A DNA stretch of 64,000 bases. Source: Heterodontus francisci. Taxonomy: Eukaryota. The first letter of the stretch is position 1. Each line of letters opens with the position of its first letter. The stretch spans positions 12,008,606-12,072,605 of the forward strand of contig NC_090396.1 of assembly GCF_036365525.1 (NCBI RefSeq). The letters run 5' to 3'. The translations under genes were made by a program, and so were the position numbers. The notes beneath the pieces were generated by a model that was not told the DNA's origin, ran no database searches, and saw nothing but the letters and a program-made list of their open reading frames with translations. Of the stretch, positions 24,040 through 36,779 are shown piece after piece.

Positions 24040-27000
24040 GTGCTAAAGTTGGGAATTTGGTGCAAGTGGGAATTCAGTGCAGAGGGGGAAGGAGGTTCTG
24101 CTTTTTATTCATTTTTTTTTCACCTCCAGTAGCTGATGAATGTTTTTACTTTGTCTTTAAGCGAGGACACTGTAACTTGCTATTACTTTACTAAATCAGT
24201 ACCTTAAACTAGATAAACCAGTTAATTAATAAAACTAAAACAACTGATTCAATTAAAAAAATTTACTAATTAACTAATCAAATAAATAAATAAATAAGGT
24301 GAGACAGACATGGCACGGCAGGTGGTGTGTTGTAACTGTTGTAATGTGGGAGTTTGTGGAGAGCATCGTAATCCCAGACAACCATATCCACACTAAGTGT
24401 TGATAGTTCGAGGAAATTCGGCTCAGTGTTGAGCTGGAGCCCAAGCTGCAGACATTGTGGGGCATCAGGGAAGGGATAGTTACCTGGACACTTTGTTCCA
24501 GGAGGCAATCACACCCCTTAGGTTAGGTAGATCTTTAGAGTTTGTCAGTGGACAGGGACAGGAGGGTATGTGGAGCCAGCATGTAGTGATGGAGGAGCCT
24601 CAGCCCCTGACTTTGACCAAAAAAGGTACAAGGTGCTTGCTGTTTGGATGAGAAGGACTGTGGGGTGGATATGCAAACTGATCATGGCACCATGGTGCAG
24701 GAGACCATTCAAGTGGGGTGCGAGAAAGGGAATGTGGTAGCAATAGGGGGCAGTATAATCAGGGGGTTAGATACTCTTCTCTGCAGCCGCGACCGGGAGA
24801 TCTGAAGGTTGTGTTGCCTGCCTGGTGCTAGGGTTAAGGACATCTCATGGCTGGAGACAAACGTGGAGTGGGAGGGGGAGGATCCAGTTGTCGTGGTCCA
24901 TGTGGGAACCAATGACATAGGTAGAACCAGGAATGATATTCTGCTGAGAGAGTTTGAGGAGTTACGAACCAAATTAAAATGCAGAATTGAGCCACATGCC
25001 AAATGGCATTGGGATAAACAGATTAGAAAGTTAAATGCGTGCTGAAAGAGTTGTGGGGGAGGCAACGGTTTTGCTTCATGGGGCACTGGGGAAAGAGGGA
25101 GCTGTTCTGTTGGGACAGGCTGCACTTAAACTTGGGACAGTGACTTGGTAAATCAAATAACGAGGGCAGTAGGCAGGGTTTTAACGAATAAAGGGGGTGG
25201 GAGGATTCAGGAAAGCTGTAATGGAATTGTCAAGGCTCTAGAGCAGTGCAGCATTTTTAGTAAAAATAAGCAGAGTGGGTCAGGAAGGGACAGTGAGAGT
25301 AACAAAGGTAATAGGACATTAGTGACCAAGGTGACATCAGGGAAAATTGAAAAGGAGGAGGGGCAGCCCTGCTAATAAAGGATGGGATAAAGACATCGAG
25401 AGAAAATATCTTAGCTCAGCAAATCAAGAAGTAAAATCAGTTTAGGTGGAGTGAAGAAACAACAAGGGGCAGAAAACATTGGTGGGAGTTGTTTATTGGT
25501 CCCGAACAGTAGTTGTAGTGTAGGATAGAGTATAAATCAGGAAATTAGAGATGCTTGTAACAGGGGTAATAAAGTAATCATGGGGGACTTTAATCTTCAT
25601 ATAAACTGGACAAACCAAATTTGCAGTAACAGTGTGGAGGACAAGTTCAAGGAATAGTTCAAGATAGTAATAGTCTGGGTCATGTCGATATCAAAAAGGT
25701 GGTGTTGGGCGTCTTGAAAAACATTAAGGTAGATAAGTCCCCTGGGCCTGTTGGGATCTACCCCAGAATACTGAGGGAGGCAAGGGAAGAAATTGCTGGG
25801 GCCTTGACAGAAATCTTTGTATCCTCATTGGCTACAGGTGAGGTCCCAGTTGTTCCTTTGTTTAAGAAGGGTGGTAAGGATAATCCAGGAAATTATAGGC
25901 CGGTGAGCCTTACGTCAGTGGTAGGGAAATTATTAGAGAGGATTCTTCGGGACAGGATTTACTCCCATTTGGAAACAAATGGACTTATTAGCGAGAGGCA
26001 GCATGGTTTTGTGAAGGGGAGGTTGTGTCTCACTAATTTGATTGAGTTTTTTGAGGAAGTGACGAAGATGATTGATGAAGGAAGGGCAGTGGATGTTGTC
26101 TACATGGACTTCAGTGAAGCCTTTGACAAGGTCCCTCATGGCAGACTGGTACAAAAGGTGAAGTCACACGGGATCAGAGGTGAGCTGACAAGATGGATAC
26201 AGAACTGGCTCGGTCACAGAAGACAGAGGGTATCAGTGGAAGGGTGCTTTTCTGAATGGAGGGATGTGACTAGTGGTGTTCCGCAGGGGTCAGTGCTGGG
26301 ACCTTTGCTGTTTGTAGTATATATAAATGATTTGGAGGAAAATGTAGCTGGTCTGATTAGTAAGTTTGCGGATGACACAAAGGTTGGTGGAGTTGCGGAT
26401 AGTGATGAGGATTGTCAGAGGATACAGCAGGATATAGATCGGTTGGAGACTTGGGCGGAGAAATGGCAGATGAAATTTAATTTGGACAAATGTGAGGTAA
26501 TGCATTTTGGAAGGTCTAATGCAGGTGGGAAGTATACAGTAAATGGCAGAACCCTCAGGCGTATTGACAGGCAGAGAGATCTGGGCGTACAGGTCCACAG
26601 GTCACTGAAAGTGGCAACACAGGTGGATAAGGTAGTCAAGAAGGCATACGGCATGCTTGCCTTCATCGGTCGGGGCATAGAGTATAAAAATTGGCAAGTC
26701 ATGCTGCAGCTGTACAGAACTTTAGTTAGGCCACACTTAGAATATTGTATGCAATTCTGGTCGTCACACTACCAGAAGGACGTGGAGGCTTTGGAGAGGG
26801 TACAGAAGAGGTTTACCAGGATGTTGGCTGGTGTGGAGGGCATTAGCTATGAGGAGAGGTTGGATAAACTTGGATTGTTTTCACTGGAACGACGGAGGTG
26901 GAGGGGCGTCATGATAGAGGTTTACAAAGTTATGAGCGGCATGGACAGAGTGGATAGTCAGAAGCTTTTTCCCAGGGTGGAACAGTCAGTTACATTGGGG

Positions 27001-29490
27001 ACATAGATTTAAGGTGCGAGGGGCAAAGTTTAGAGGGGATGTGCGAAGCAAGTTCTTTACACAGAGGGTGGTGAGTGCCTGGAACTTGTTGCCGGGGCAG
27101 GTGGTGGAAGCAGGTACCACAGAGACGTTTAAGAGGCATCTTGACAAATACATGAATAGGATAGGAATAGAGGGATACGGTCCCCGGAAGTGCAGAAGGT
27201 TTTAGTTTAGGCAGGCATCAAGATCGGCGCAGGCTTGGAGGGCTGAATGGCCTGTTCCTGTGCTGTACTGTTCTTTGTTCTTTGACTAGAGAATAGCCAA
27301 TGTTGTTCCTTTGTTTAAGAAGGGTAGCAAGGATAATCCAGGATATTATAGGCCAGTGAGCCTTATGTCAGTGGTAGGGAGAGGATTCTTCGGGACAGGA
27401 TTTACTCCCATTTGGAAACAAATGAACTTATTAGCAAGATGCAGTATGGTTTTGTGAAGGGAAGGTCGTGTCTCACTAACTTGATCGAGTTTTTTGAGGA
27501 AGTGAGAAAGATGATTGATGAAGGAAGGGCAGTGGATGTTGTCTACATGGACTTCAGTAAAGCCTTTGACAAGGTCCCTCATGGCAGACTGGTACAAAAA
27601 GTGAAGTCACACGGGATCAGAGGTGAGCTGACAAGATGGATACAGAACTGGCTCGGTCACAGAAGACAGAGGGTAGCAGTGGAAGGGTGCTTTTCTGAAT
27701 GGAGGGATGTGACTAGTGGTGTTCCGCAGGGATCGGTGCTGGGACCTTTGCTGTTTGTAGTATATATAAATGATTTGGAGGAAAATGTAGCTGGTCTGAT
27801 TAGTAAGTTTGCGGACGACACAAAGGTTGGTGGAATTGCGGATAGTGATGAGGATTGTCAGAGGATACAGCAGGATATAGATCGGTTGGAGACTTGGGCG
27901 GAGAAATGGCAGATGGAGTTTAATCCGGACAAATGTGAGGTAATGCATTTGGGAAGGTCTAATACAGGTGGGAAGTATACAGTAAATGGCAGAACCCTTA
28001 GGAGTATTGACAGGCAGAGAGATCTGGGCGTACAGGTCCACAGGTCACTGAAAGTGGTAACACAGGTGGATAAGGTAGTCAAGAAGGCATACGGCATGCT
28101 TGCCTTCATCGGTCGGGGCATGGAGTATAAAAATTGGCAAGTCATGCTGCAGTTGTACAGAACCTTAGTTAGGCCACACTTAGAATATTGCGTGCAATTC
28201 TGGTCGCCACACTACCAGAGGGATGTGGAGGCTTTGGAGAGGGTACAGAGGAGGTTTACCAGGATGTTGCCTGGTCTGGAGGGTATTAGCTGTGAGGAGA
28301 GGTTAGATAAACTCGGATTGTTTTCACTGGAACGACGAAGGTGGAGGGGCGACATGATAGAGGTTTACAAAGTTATGAGCGGCATGGACAGAGTGGATAG
28401 TCAGAAGCTTTTTCCCAGGGTGGAGGAGTCAGTTACTAGGGGACATAGGTTTAAGGTGCGAGGGGCAAAGATTCGAGGAGATGTGCGAAGCACGTTTTTT
28501 ACACAGAGGGTGGTGAGTGCCTGGAACTTGCTGCCGGGGGAGGTGGTGGAAGCAGGTATGATAGCGACGTTTAAGAGACATCTTGACAAATACATGAATA
28601 GGATGGGAATAGAGGGATACTGACGCCGGAAGTGCAGAAGGTCTTAGTTTGGGCAGGCATCAAGATCGGCGCAGGCTTGGAGGGCCGAATGGCCTGTTCC
28701 TGTGCTGTACTGTTCTTCGTTCTTTTGTTCTTTAAGATAGTTTTCTAGATTAGTGTTTCAAGGAACCAACACAGGGAACAGGCCATTTTAGATTAAGTAT
28801 TGAGCAATGAGAAAGAGTTAATTAATAACCTTGTAGTAAAGGAGCCTCTGGAGAAGAGTATTCATGATATAGAATTTTATATTGAGTTTGACAGTAATTT
28901 ACTTAAGTTCAAAACTAGGGTCTTATATCTAAACAAAGCAAACTCTGTAGGTATGAGGGACAAGTTGTTCATGAATCATAGAAAGTTAATATGCAGGTAC
29001 AGCAAGCAAATAGGAAGGCAAATGGTATGTTAGCTTTTGTTACAAAAGGATTGGAGTCTAAAGGTTAAGAAGTCTTCCTTCAATGAGACAGAGAATTGGT
29101 GAGGCCACGCATGGAGTATTGCGTACAGTTTTAGTCTTCTTACCTAGGGAAGGACATACTTGCCCTAAAGGAGTACAATGAAGGCTCATTAGACTGATTC
29201 CTGGGATGAGGAGATTGTCCTAAGGAGAGAGATCGAGTAGACTAGGCCGACATTCCCTGGAATTTAGAAGAATAATAGGTGATCTAATTGAAACATCTAC
29301 AGTTTTTAAGGGGCTTGACAGGGTAGATGCTCAGAAAATGTTTCCCCAGGCTGAAACTTCTAGAACTTTGGGTCACAGACTCAGAATAAGGGGTAGGCCA
29401 TTTAGGACTGAGATGAGGAGAAATTCCTTCATAAAAGGGTTGCGATCTGCAGAATTCTCTACCCAAGATAGCTGTGGGTGCTCAGTCATT
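24040..29490 (+). mobile_element. Old internally deleted CR1 (ORF1 ~24310-25180, endonuclease, 3' remnants) hosting young CR1 copies
   Basis: CCLPGARVKDI...VVHVGTNDIG ORF1 motif; the sequence resumes at 28742. Confidence 0.75.
25669..28733 (+). mobile_element. Two young CR1 copies arranged head to tail
   Basis: RT ORFs 25699-27006 and 27412-28623; tails at ~27283 and ~28733; one 8-bp TSD AAGATAGT at 25661-25668 and 28734-28741. Confidence 0.92.
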
Positions 29491-29491
29491 G

Positions 29492-30745
29492 AATAGAGTC
29501 ATTTATAGCACGGAAGGAGGCCATTCGGCCCATCGAGTCAATGCCAGCTCTCTGTAGAGCAATCCAGCCAGTCCCATTCTGCCGCTCTATCCCCAGAGAC
29601 CTGCAAGTTTATTTCCTTTAAGTCCCTGTACAATTTAATTCTGAATTAATTGATTTTCTCTGCTTCCACTACCTTCGTAGGCAGCAAGTTCCAGGTCATT
29701 ACCACTCGCTGCGTAACAAAGTTCTTCCTCACATCTCCACTGCATCTCTTGCCCAAAACCTTAAATCTCTGTCCCCTAGTCCTTATATCATCAGTTAATG
29801 GGAACAACTATTATTTGTCTACCTTATCCAAACCCATTATAACGTTGTACACCTCTTTTAAATCTTCCCTCAATCTCCTTTGCTTCTCCAACCTAACCTT
29901 GTAGCTAAAATCCCTGGAACCATTCTGGTAAATCTCCTCTGCATCCTCTCAAGGACCCTCACATCCTTCCTAAAATGTGGTGATCAAAACTGGACACAGT
30001 TCTCTAGTTGTGGCCTTTCAGAGCTTTATAAAGGTTCAGCATAACTTCCCTGCTTTTGTACTCATTACCTCTGTGTATGAAGCCCAAGATGCCATATGCT
30101 TTGCTAACTACTCTCTCAATATGTCCTGCACCTTCAAAGATCGACGCACATGAACCCCCAAGTCCCTCTTTCCCTGTGCACTCTTTAGAACTGTGCCATT
30201 AAGTATATATTGCCTCTCCCTATTCCTTCTGCCAAAATGTATCACCTCACACCTCTCTGTATTAAATTCCATCTGCCACTTGTCTGCCCATTCTGTTAAC
30301 CCATCGCAGTTGTCCTATTGCAGTTGATTTGTATCATCCTCACCGTTTGTCGCTCCTCCAAGTTTGGTATTATTGGCAAATTTTGAAATGTTAATCTCTA
30401 TTCCAATATCCAAGTCATTTATAGATATCAAAATATGCAGTGGTCCTAATACTGACCCTTGGGGAACATCACTGTCTACCCCCATCCTCCAATCTGAAAA
30501 ATAACCATTTACCACAACTCGCTGTTTTTTGTCCTGAAGCCAATTTTTTATCCAAGCTGGCATTGGCCCTCTAATTCCATGACCCTCCGTTTTGTTAACC
30601 AGCCTTTTATGTGGTACTTTGTCAAACGCTTTCTTTAAATCTAAATAAACAACATCCATTGCTTTCCCTTCAACAACCTTCTCTGTTGCTTCATCAAAAA
30701 TTCAATTAGATTCGTCAAGCATGACCTGCCTTTTACAGATCTGTG
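29492..30745 (-). mobile_element. CR1 3' fragment
   Basis: MDVVYLDLKKAFDKVPHKRL...VPQGSVLGP; tail at ~29495. Confidence 0.8.
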
Positions 30746-31071
30746 CCGTGTCAGGAAAAACTTTATTTGCCAAATGGGATATATTAATTTAATCGGTTCG
30801 AAATTTTTAATGGAAAAAATCCTACAAGTTAACTTTTAAAAAACTAGCAGCCAAGATGGCCACTGCAATTTACATTTGAAACACCAGAAGAATGAACTGG
30901 AGACAAAGAGTCTAACAAGAGGCCCAGCCAGAACAATGACTTGCTCTAAGTGATTGAATTACGTAGAATGGCTTTATTAGCACGACCGTCAAGGCCATTC
31001 CCACCCATTGTCTTTGAAAGAACCAACCCCCTCCAACTCTGAATGGACCTCCTGGGACATGTTTTTTAAAA

Positions 31072-32540
31072 ATTTTTTTATTCATTTATGGGATGTGGGC
31101 ATCACTGGCTATGCCAGCATTTATTGCCCATCTCTAATTGCCCTCGAGAAGGTGGTGGTGAGCTGCCTTCTTGAACCACTGCAGTCCATGTGGGGATGGT
31201 ACACCCACAGTGCTGTTCAGAAGGGAGTTCCAGGATTTTGACCCAGTGACAGTGAAGGAATGGTGATATAGTTGCAAGTCAGGATGGTGTGTGACTTGGA
31301 CGGGAACTTGCAGGTGGTGATGTTCCCATGCATCTGCTGCTCTTGTTCTTGAGGTGGTAGAGGTCGCGGGTTTGGAAGGTGCTGTCTAAGGAACCTTGAT
31401 GCTTTGCTGCAGTGCATCTTGTAGACGGTACACACTGCTGCCACTGTGTGTCGGTGGTGGAGGGAGTGAATGTTTGTGGATGGGTTGCCAATCAAGCAGG
31501 CTGCTTTGTCCTGGATGGTGTCGAGCTTCTTGAGTGTTGTGGGAGCTGCACCCATCCAGGCAAGTGGAGAGTATTCCATCACACTCCTGACTTGTGCCTT
31601 GTAGATGGTGGACAGGCTTTGGGGAGTCAGGAGGTGAGTTACTCGCCTCAGGATTCCTAGCCTCTGACCTGCTCTTGAAGCCACGGTATTTATATGGCTA
31701 CTCCAGTTCAGTTTCTGGTCAATGGTAGCCCCTAGGATGTTGATAGTGGGGGATTCAGCGATGGTAATGCCATTGAATGTCAAAGGGAGATGGTTAGATT
31801 CTCTCTTGTTTGAGATGGTCATTGCTTGGCACTTGTGTGGTGCGGATGTTACTTGCCGTTTATCAGCCCAAGACTGGATATTGCTCAGGTCTTGCTGCAT
31901 TTCTACACGGACTGCATCAGTATTTGAGGAGTCACGAATGGTGCTGAACATTGTGCAATCATCAGCGAACATCCCCACTTCTGACCTTATGATTGAAGGA
32001 AGGTCATTGATGAAGCAGCTGAAGATGGTTGGGCCTAGGACACTACCCTGAGGAACTCCTGCAGTGATGTCCTGGAGCTCAGATGATTGACCTCCAACAA
32101 CCACAACCATCTTCCTTTGCAGAACCTTGAATTTCATTAGAAGGTTCCAGAAAAACCTCATTAGAAACAAAGGGAGATTGATAGAAGCATCTCTGAAGAA
32201 ACCTTTCCACTCTCCATTTCCGCTGGCACCTCGCCGGTACCTAGGGAAGACTGGAATCTTATGGTAAGGCTTTCTGTTGTCTCCACCCTCACTTCCTTCA
32301 GCAACCTTGGATGGGCCTCAGACACTACCCTGAGGAACTCCTGCAGTGATGTTCTGGAGCTGAGATGTTTGGCCTCCAACAACCACAACCATCTTCCTTT
32401 GTGCTAGGTATGACTCCAACCAGCAGAGAGTTTCTCCCCTGATTCCCATTGACTCCAGTTTTGCTGGGGCTCCTTGATACCATACTCTGTCAAATGCTGC
32501 CTTGATGTCAAGGGCAGTCACTCTCACCTCATCTCTTGAA
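31072..32540 (-). mobile_element. 3' part of the second CR1/L2-clade LINE family (two pieces)
   Basis: GVPQGSVLGPTIFSCFINDL...FADDC; A-rich 3' end at ~31072. Confidence 0.85.
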
Positions 32541-32544
32541 TTAG

Positions 32545-33400
32545 ACATTTTACTTTAGATTGTTCCTTGCTCTTCTCCATTGCTAATCTAAACCTTATAA
32601 CTTTATGATACAATGATCACTCCTACCCAAGTGCTCCCCCATAGTCCACTTGGCCCACCTCATTCACGTGCACCAGATCCAGCAATGCCTCCTTCCTAGT
32701 TGGATTGAGAACATACTCGTCAAGGAAATTCTCCTGAACACATTTCAGAAATTCCTCCTCCTCCTTCTTTCCCTTTACTCTAACATTATCCCAATATATT
32801 TGGGTAATTAAGGTCCCCGGTATCACCACTCCATAGTTCTTGCAGATTTCCCTGCAGATTTTTCTCCTCTACCTCTCTCACTATTTGGAGGCCTTTAGAA
32901 TATCCCCAGTAGTGTGATCATCCCCTTTTTGTTTCTCACCTCTAACCAAATGGATTCTGCCTTTGCCCCCTTAAGGACATCTTCTCTTTCCAACGCACAA
33001 TGTCTTCACTAATCAGTACTGCCACTCCACCTTCCTTTTTCCCTTCCCTATCTTTTCTGAACACTTCGTATCCTTGAATATTAAGCACCCAGTCTGCACC
33101 ATTTTTAAGCCACCCTTTCGTTATTTCCACTATATCATATTCTCACACAGCTATTTGTGCTTGTAGCTCACCAACTTTATTCACCGCACTTTGCATTGTA
33201 AACCTGTCTTCGTATTCCTCGTAGTCCTTCTCAGTCTGCTCCTATCTAATGTGGTACTACTTCTTTCTGTCCAACACATTCAATTTGTGCACATTATTCC
33301 TCTTTTCTACTTCTATATGCTGGTGCCCACCCTCCTGCCAATTTAGTTTGTACTCTCCCCGACCACACGAGTGAATGTTCCCATGAGGACATTGGTCAAG
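32545..33400 (-). mobile_element. CR1 endonuclease-region fragment
   Basis: EITKGWLK...VFRKDREGKKEGGVAV and FLKCVQENFL motifs. Confidence 0.75.
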
Positions 33401-33409
33401 ATAGAAGTC

Positions 33410-33548
33410 GAGAGTGCAGTGCGAGTGACACTGAGCCAGGCTGACAGTATCCGGAGCCGACTGGAACAGAAATGTGGTGAGCTGAGAGAGAAAGAGCAGC
33501 AGCTGAGAACCCTGTCAAAGAGCAGTGATCATGTGACGTTGGTGCAGG
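33410..33548 (+). pseudogene. TRIM copy B exon 3, 3' part only
   Basis: ESAVRVTLSQAD...HVTLVQ|GTAATG, almost identical to copy A; the 5' part and acceptor are missing. Confidence 0.85.
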
Positions 33549-34814
33549 TAATGAATACACCCAAGTGATAAATACTGAATCTATTCCTATTCATTCATCT
33601 ATCCAACAATCAAATGTATTGATTCATATCTTACAGATTAAACACGACAACAGCTTTGTGACAAAGCCCATTGTGTATGCACCCAATAATGAGATAAAAG
33701 ACACTGATTCCCACTCGCTGCTACGTCAGCAAACAGCAGCTGGGCAGCAGTAAGAGGCTTCAATAGTCTAGAATGTCCCAGGTCAGAGAGAGGGAACGCA
33801 TTCAGGAATTCTGCTGCAGATCCCTTCTAGAAGTGCTTGTGTTTGATGCTAGGTGAGGGACAGGGGCATGTTGACTGTATTGCAGCCTTTGTCTACCAGA
33901 CCAATTGTCTCCAAACCCCCCTACATTGTCTAGCTTGGTGTGATTGCCCTCATTTGGTTCCACTCTTACCTATGAGTCGTAGCCAGAGAATATTTAGCAA
34001 TGGATTTTCTTCCCTATCCTGCACCCTCTGGAAAGCCGAATCTTTAGCCCCCTCCTTTTCTCCTACATGCTGCTCCTTGGTAACATCATCTGCAGACATG
34101 GTGTTAGCTTGCACATGTACACTGACAACTCCCAACTTTACCTCACCACCACCACCTCTCTCAACCCCTCCTCTGCCTCTGATTTGTCATGCTTCTTTCC
34201 CAACATCAAATACTGGATGAGCTGGAATTTCCTCCAGTTATATTTTTGGAAGACCAAAGCCATTCGTTCTCTGGTCACTGTCTCAGGTTGAATCAGAGTT
34301 TTCGGAACCTCTGCGTCCTATTTGTGAACTGAGCTTCTGTTCCCATATCCTCTGCATCACAGAAACTGACTATTTCCATCTCTGTAAATCCTCCCTCTCC
34401 ATTACTACCTCAGCCCATCTGTTGAAACACACATCCATGCCTTTTCTTTAACCTCCAGACTAAACTAGTCCAATGCTCTCTCAGCCGGTTTCCCATCTTC
34501 CACACTCTATAAACTTGAGCTCATCCAAAACTCTGCTGCCCCTATCTTAACTTGCACCAAGTCCCGTTCACCTGCACCTGGCAATGAATACCCCTGAGTG
34601 AGAAATACTGAATCATTGCTATTTATTCATTCATCCAGACACCAGAAGCTTCATATCTTATGAATTAAACGTAATAATAGAGCATCATCGTGAAAGTACT
34701 TCATTGGCTGTGTTGCACTTTAGGACATCCTGAGATTGTAAAAGGTGATAAATAAATCCAAGGAAATGTCTGCACTGGTTGGAGTCATGCCTAGCACAAA
34801 GGAAGATGTGGTTA

Positions 34815-35510
34815 AGAATATAAGAACATAAAAAATAGGAGAAGTAGACCATTCAGCCCTTTGAACCCGTTCCTCCATTCAATGAGATCATGGCTGATCC
34901 ACTTCAACACCATTTTCCTGTACTATCCCCATATCCCTTGATGTTTCTAATATGTAGAAATCTATTGATCTCAGTTTTGAACATACTCAATGACTGAGCC
35001 TCCACAGCCCTGTGGGGTAGAGAATTCCAGATTCACCACCCTCTAAATGAAGATATTCCTCCTCATCTCAGCCCTGAATGGCCTGACCCTTATTCTGACC
35101 CTGTGTCCCCTGGTTCTAGACTCCCCAGCAGGGGAAACATCCTTCCTGCATCTACCCTGTCAAGCCCTGTAAAAATTTTGTATGTTTGAATGAAATCACC
35201 TCACATTCTTCTAAACTCTGGACAATACAGGCTCAGTCTATTTAATCTTTCCTCATAGGACAATTCCATCATCCCAGGAATTAGTTTGGTGAACCCTCTT
35301 TGCATTCCCTCTATGGCAAGTACATCTTTCCTTGGGTAAGGAGACCAAAACTGCACACAATACTCCAGGTGCGGTCTCACCAAGGCTCTCTATAATTGCA
35401 GTAAGACTTCTTTACTCCCATACTCAAATCCTCTTGTAATAAAGGCCAACATACTATTTGCCTTCTTAATTGCTTGTTGTACCTGCATGTTAGCTTTCAG
35501 TGACTCATGA
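34815..35510 (-). mobile_element. CR1 3' fragment
   Basis: [15 protein letters not shown] motif; (aagaacat) tail. Confidence 0.8.
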
Positions 35511-35730
35511 TGTTCCAAATATAGCCCAGCACTGACCCATTGCAGAGTATTAATGGGACACGTGGCTGCTGTCTGTTACGAACAGGTAGTTATTTTTTTT
35601 TGTCTCAACAAATTTCTCTGTTTTTCCAACCACCTATTCGTAAACAGATTAGTGATTGAATTTTTCCCTCCCTTAAACCCTAATAATAAATGACCGCAAC
35701 ACCAACATGGTTGTTAGAATTAAATCAAAG

Positions 35731-36106
35731 ACCCTCACAGGCTTCATCCTCGACCCTCAGGCTTCATCCTCAACCCACACAGGCTTCACCCTCGACCCTC
35801 ACAGGCTTCACCCTCATCCCTCACAGGCTTCATCCTCGACCCTCACAGGCTTCACTCTCATCCCTCACAGTCTTCACCCTCGACCCTCACAGGCTTCACT
35901 CTCATCCCTCACAGTCTTCACCCTCGACCCTCACAGGCTTCACCCTCGACCCTCACAGGCTTCACTCTCAACCCTCACAGTCTTCACCCTCGACCTTCAC
36001 AGGCTTCACCCTCATCCCTCACAGGCTTCACCCTCGACCCTCACAGGCTTCACTCTCATCCTTCACAGGCTTCACCCTCGACCCTCACAGGCTTCACCCT
36101 CGACCC
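35731..36106. repeat. 22-bp minisatellite, about 17 copies
   Basis: Variants CCCTCACAGGCTTCACCCTCGA and CCCTCACAGGCTTCACTCTCAT. Confidence 0.93.
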
Positions 36107-36606
36107 CCACTGCACAGGTACCAAGTCACACGGGCTAATGCCGCCCCTCCCCCAACAATAAACTAAAACATGTCCAAGGTGGAGTTTTTGATCTATCTGA
36201 GGAATTTCCAGTTGGTGATGAGCAGGACTGAGGAGTGTTGTGAACAGATTGCACAAAGTGCCTTGGGCAGCTCGGGATCAATCCCTTCAGTCACGTTAGT
36301 TAATTTCCTGCTTTGATTGATATAAAATGTTTCCCCCATATTAATGAATAAAATGACTTACACTCCCTCCAATGGCCATTAACTCATTCCCATGAGGCAC
36401 ACTGTTCTGTGCCTACCTGAGGTGGTCCATACTCAGTGAACCTGAGTGTCCTTCACACTCACCTACAGCCCTTTCTTGAGAAGAGGCGGAATCTTGCTAA
36501 AGTGCAAACCTCCTGGACTAAAGTCACTGGTCCCTTACTAACAGAGATGGGAGTTATACAGTGGCAGGTATGCAAATTAAACAACAATCAGGTTTTCTTA
36601 TTCTAC

Positions 36607-36612
36607 TTTATT
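36607..36612 (-). terminator. Probable polyadenylation signal of the avidin gene
   Basis: AATAAA on the minus strand about 65 nt after the stop codon. Confidence 0.6.
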
Positions 36613-36676
36613 GAGAATACCAGGCAAAAGCAAGGATCCAGTGATGGTGTGTTGTGTTACACTGAAGATTGAGAGA

Positions 36677-36737
36677 TTAATGGTGGTTCCCTGGCAGGAT
36701 GGCTGCTGTGGTTCGGCGGAAAGTGTCTTGTCCAATT
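36677..36737 (-). CDS. AVD: Avidin-like protein, exon 4
   Basis: ttttctttgactcttAG acceptor; (R)IGQDTFRRTTAAILPGNHH* aligns with avidin RVGINIFTR. Confidence 0.85.
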
Positions 36738-36779
36738 CTAAGAGTCAAAGAAAAGATGTGAGTAGAAGGTATATCAACA

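Noticed and set aside
35574-36130. Possible solo LTR starting TGTTACGAACAGG around the 22-bp minisatellite
   Set aside because: The start resembles a terminus of the 1071-2308 LTR, but I found no matching end with a TSD.
35690-36166. 143-158 aa ORFs over the 22-bp minisatellite
   Set aside because: Low-complexity repeat translation with no domain signal.
36160-36600. Unique sequence checked as the missing B30.2 exon of TRIM-B
   Set aside because: No PRY-SPRY motifs (LDPNTA, YWEVE, GVYLD) seen in the translations I inspected.
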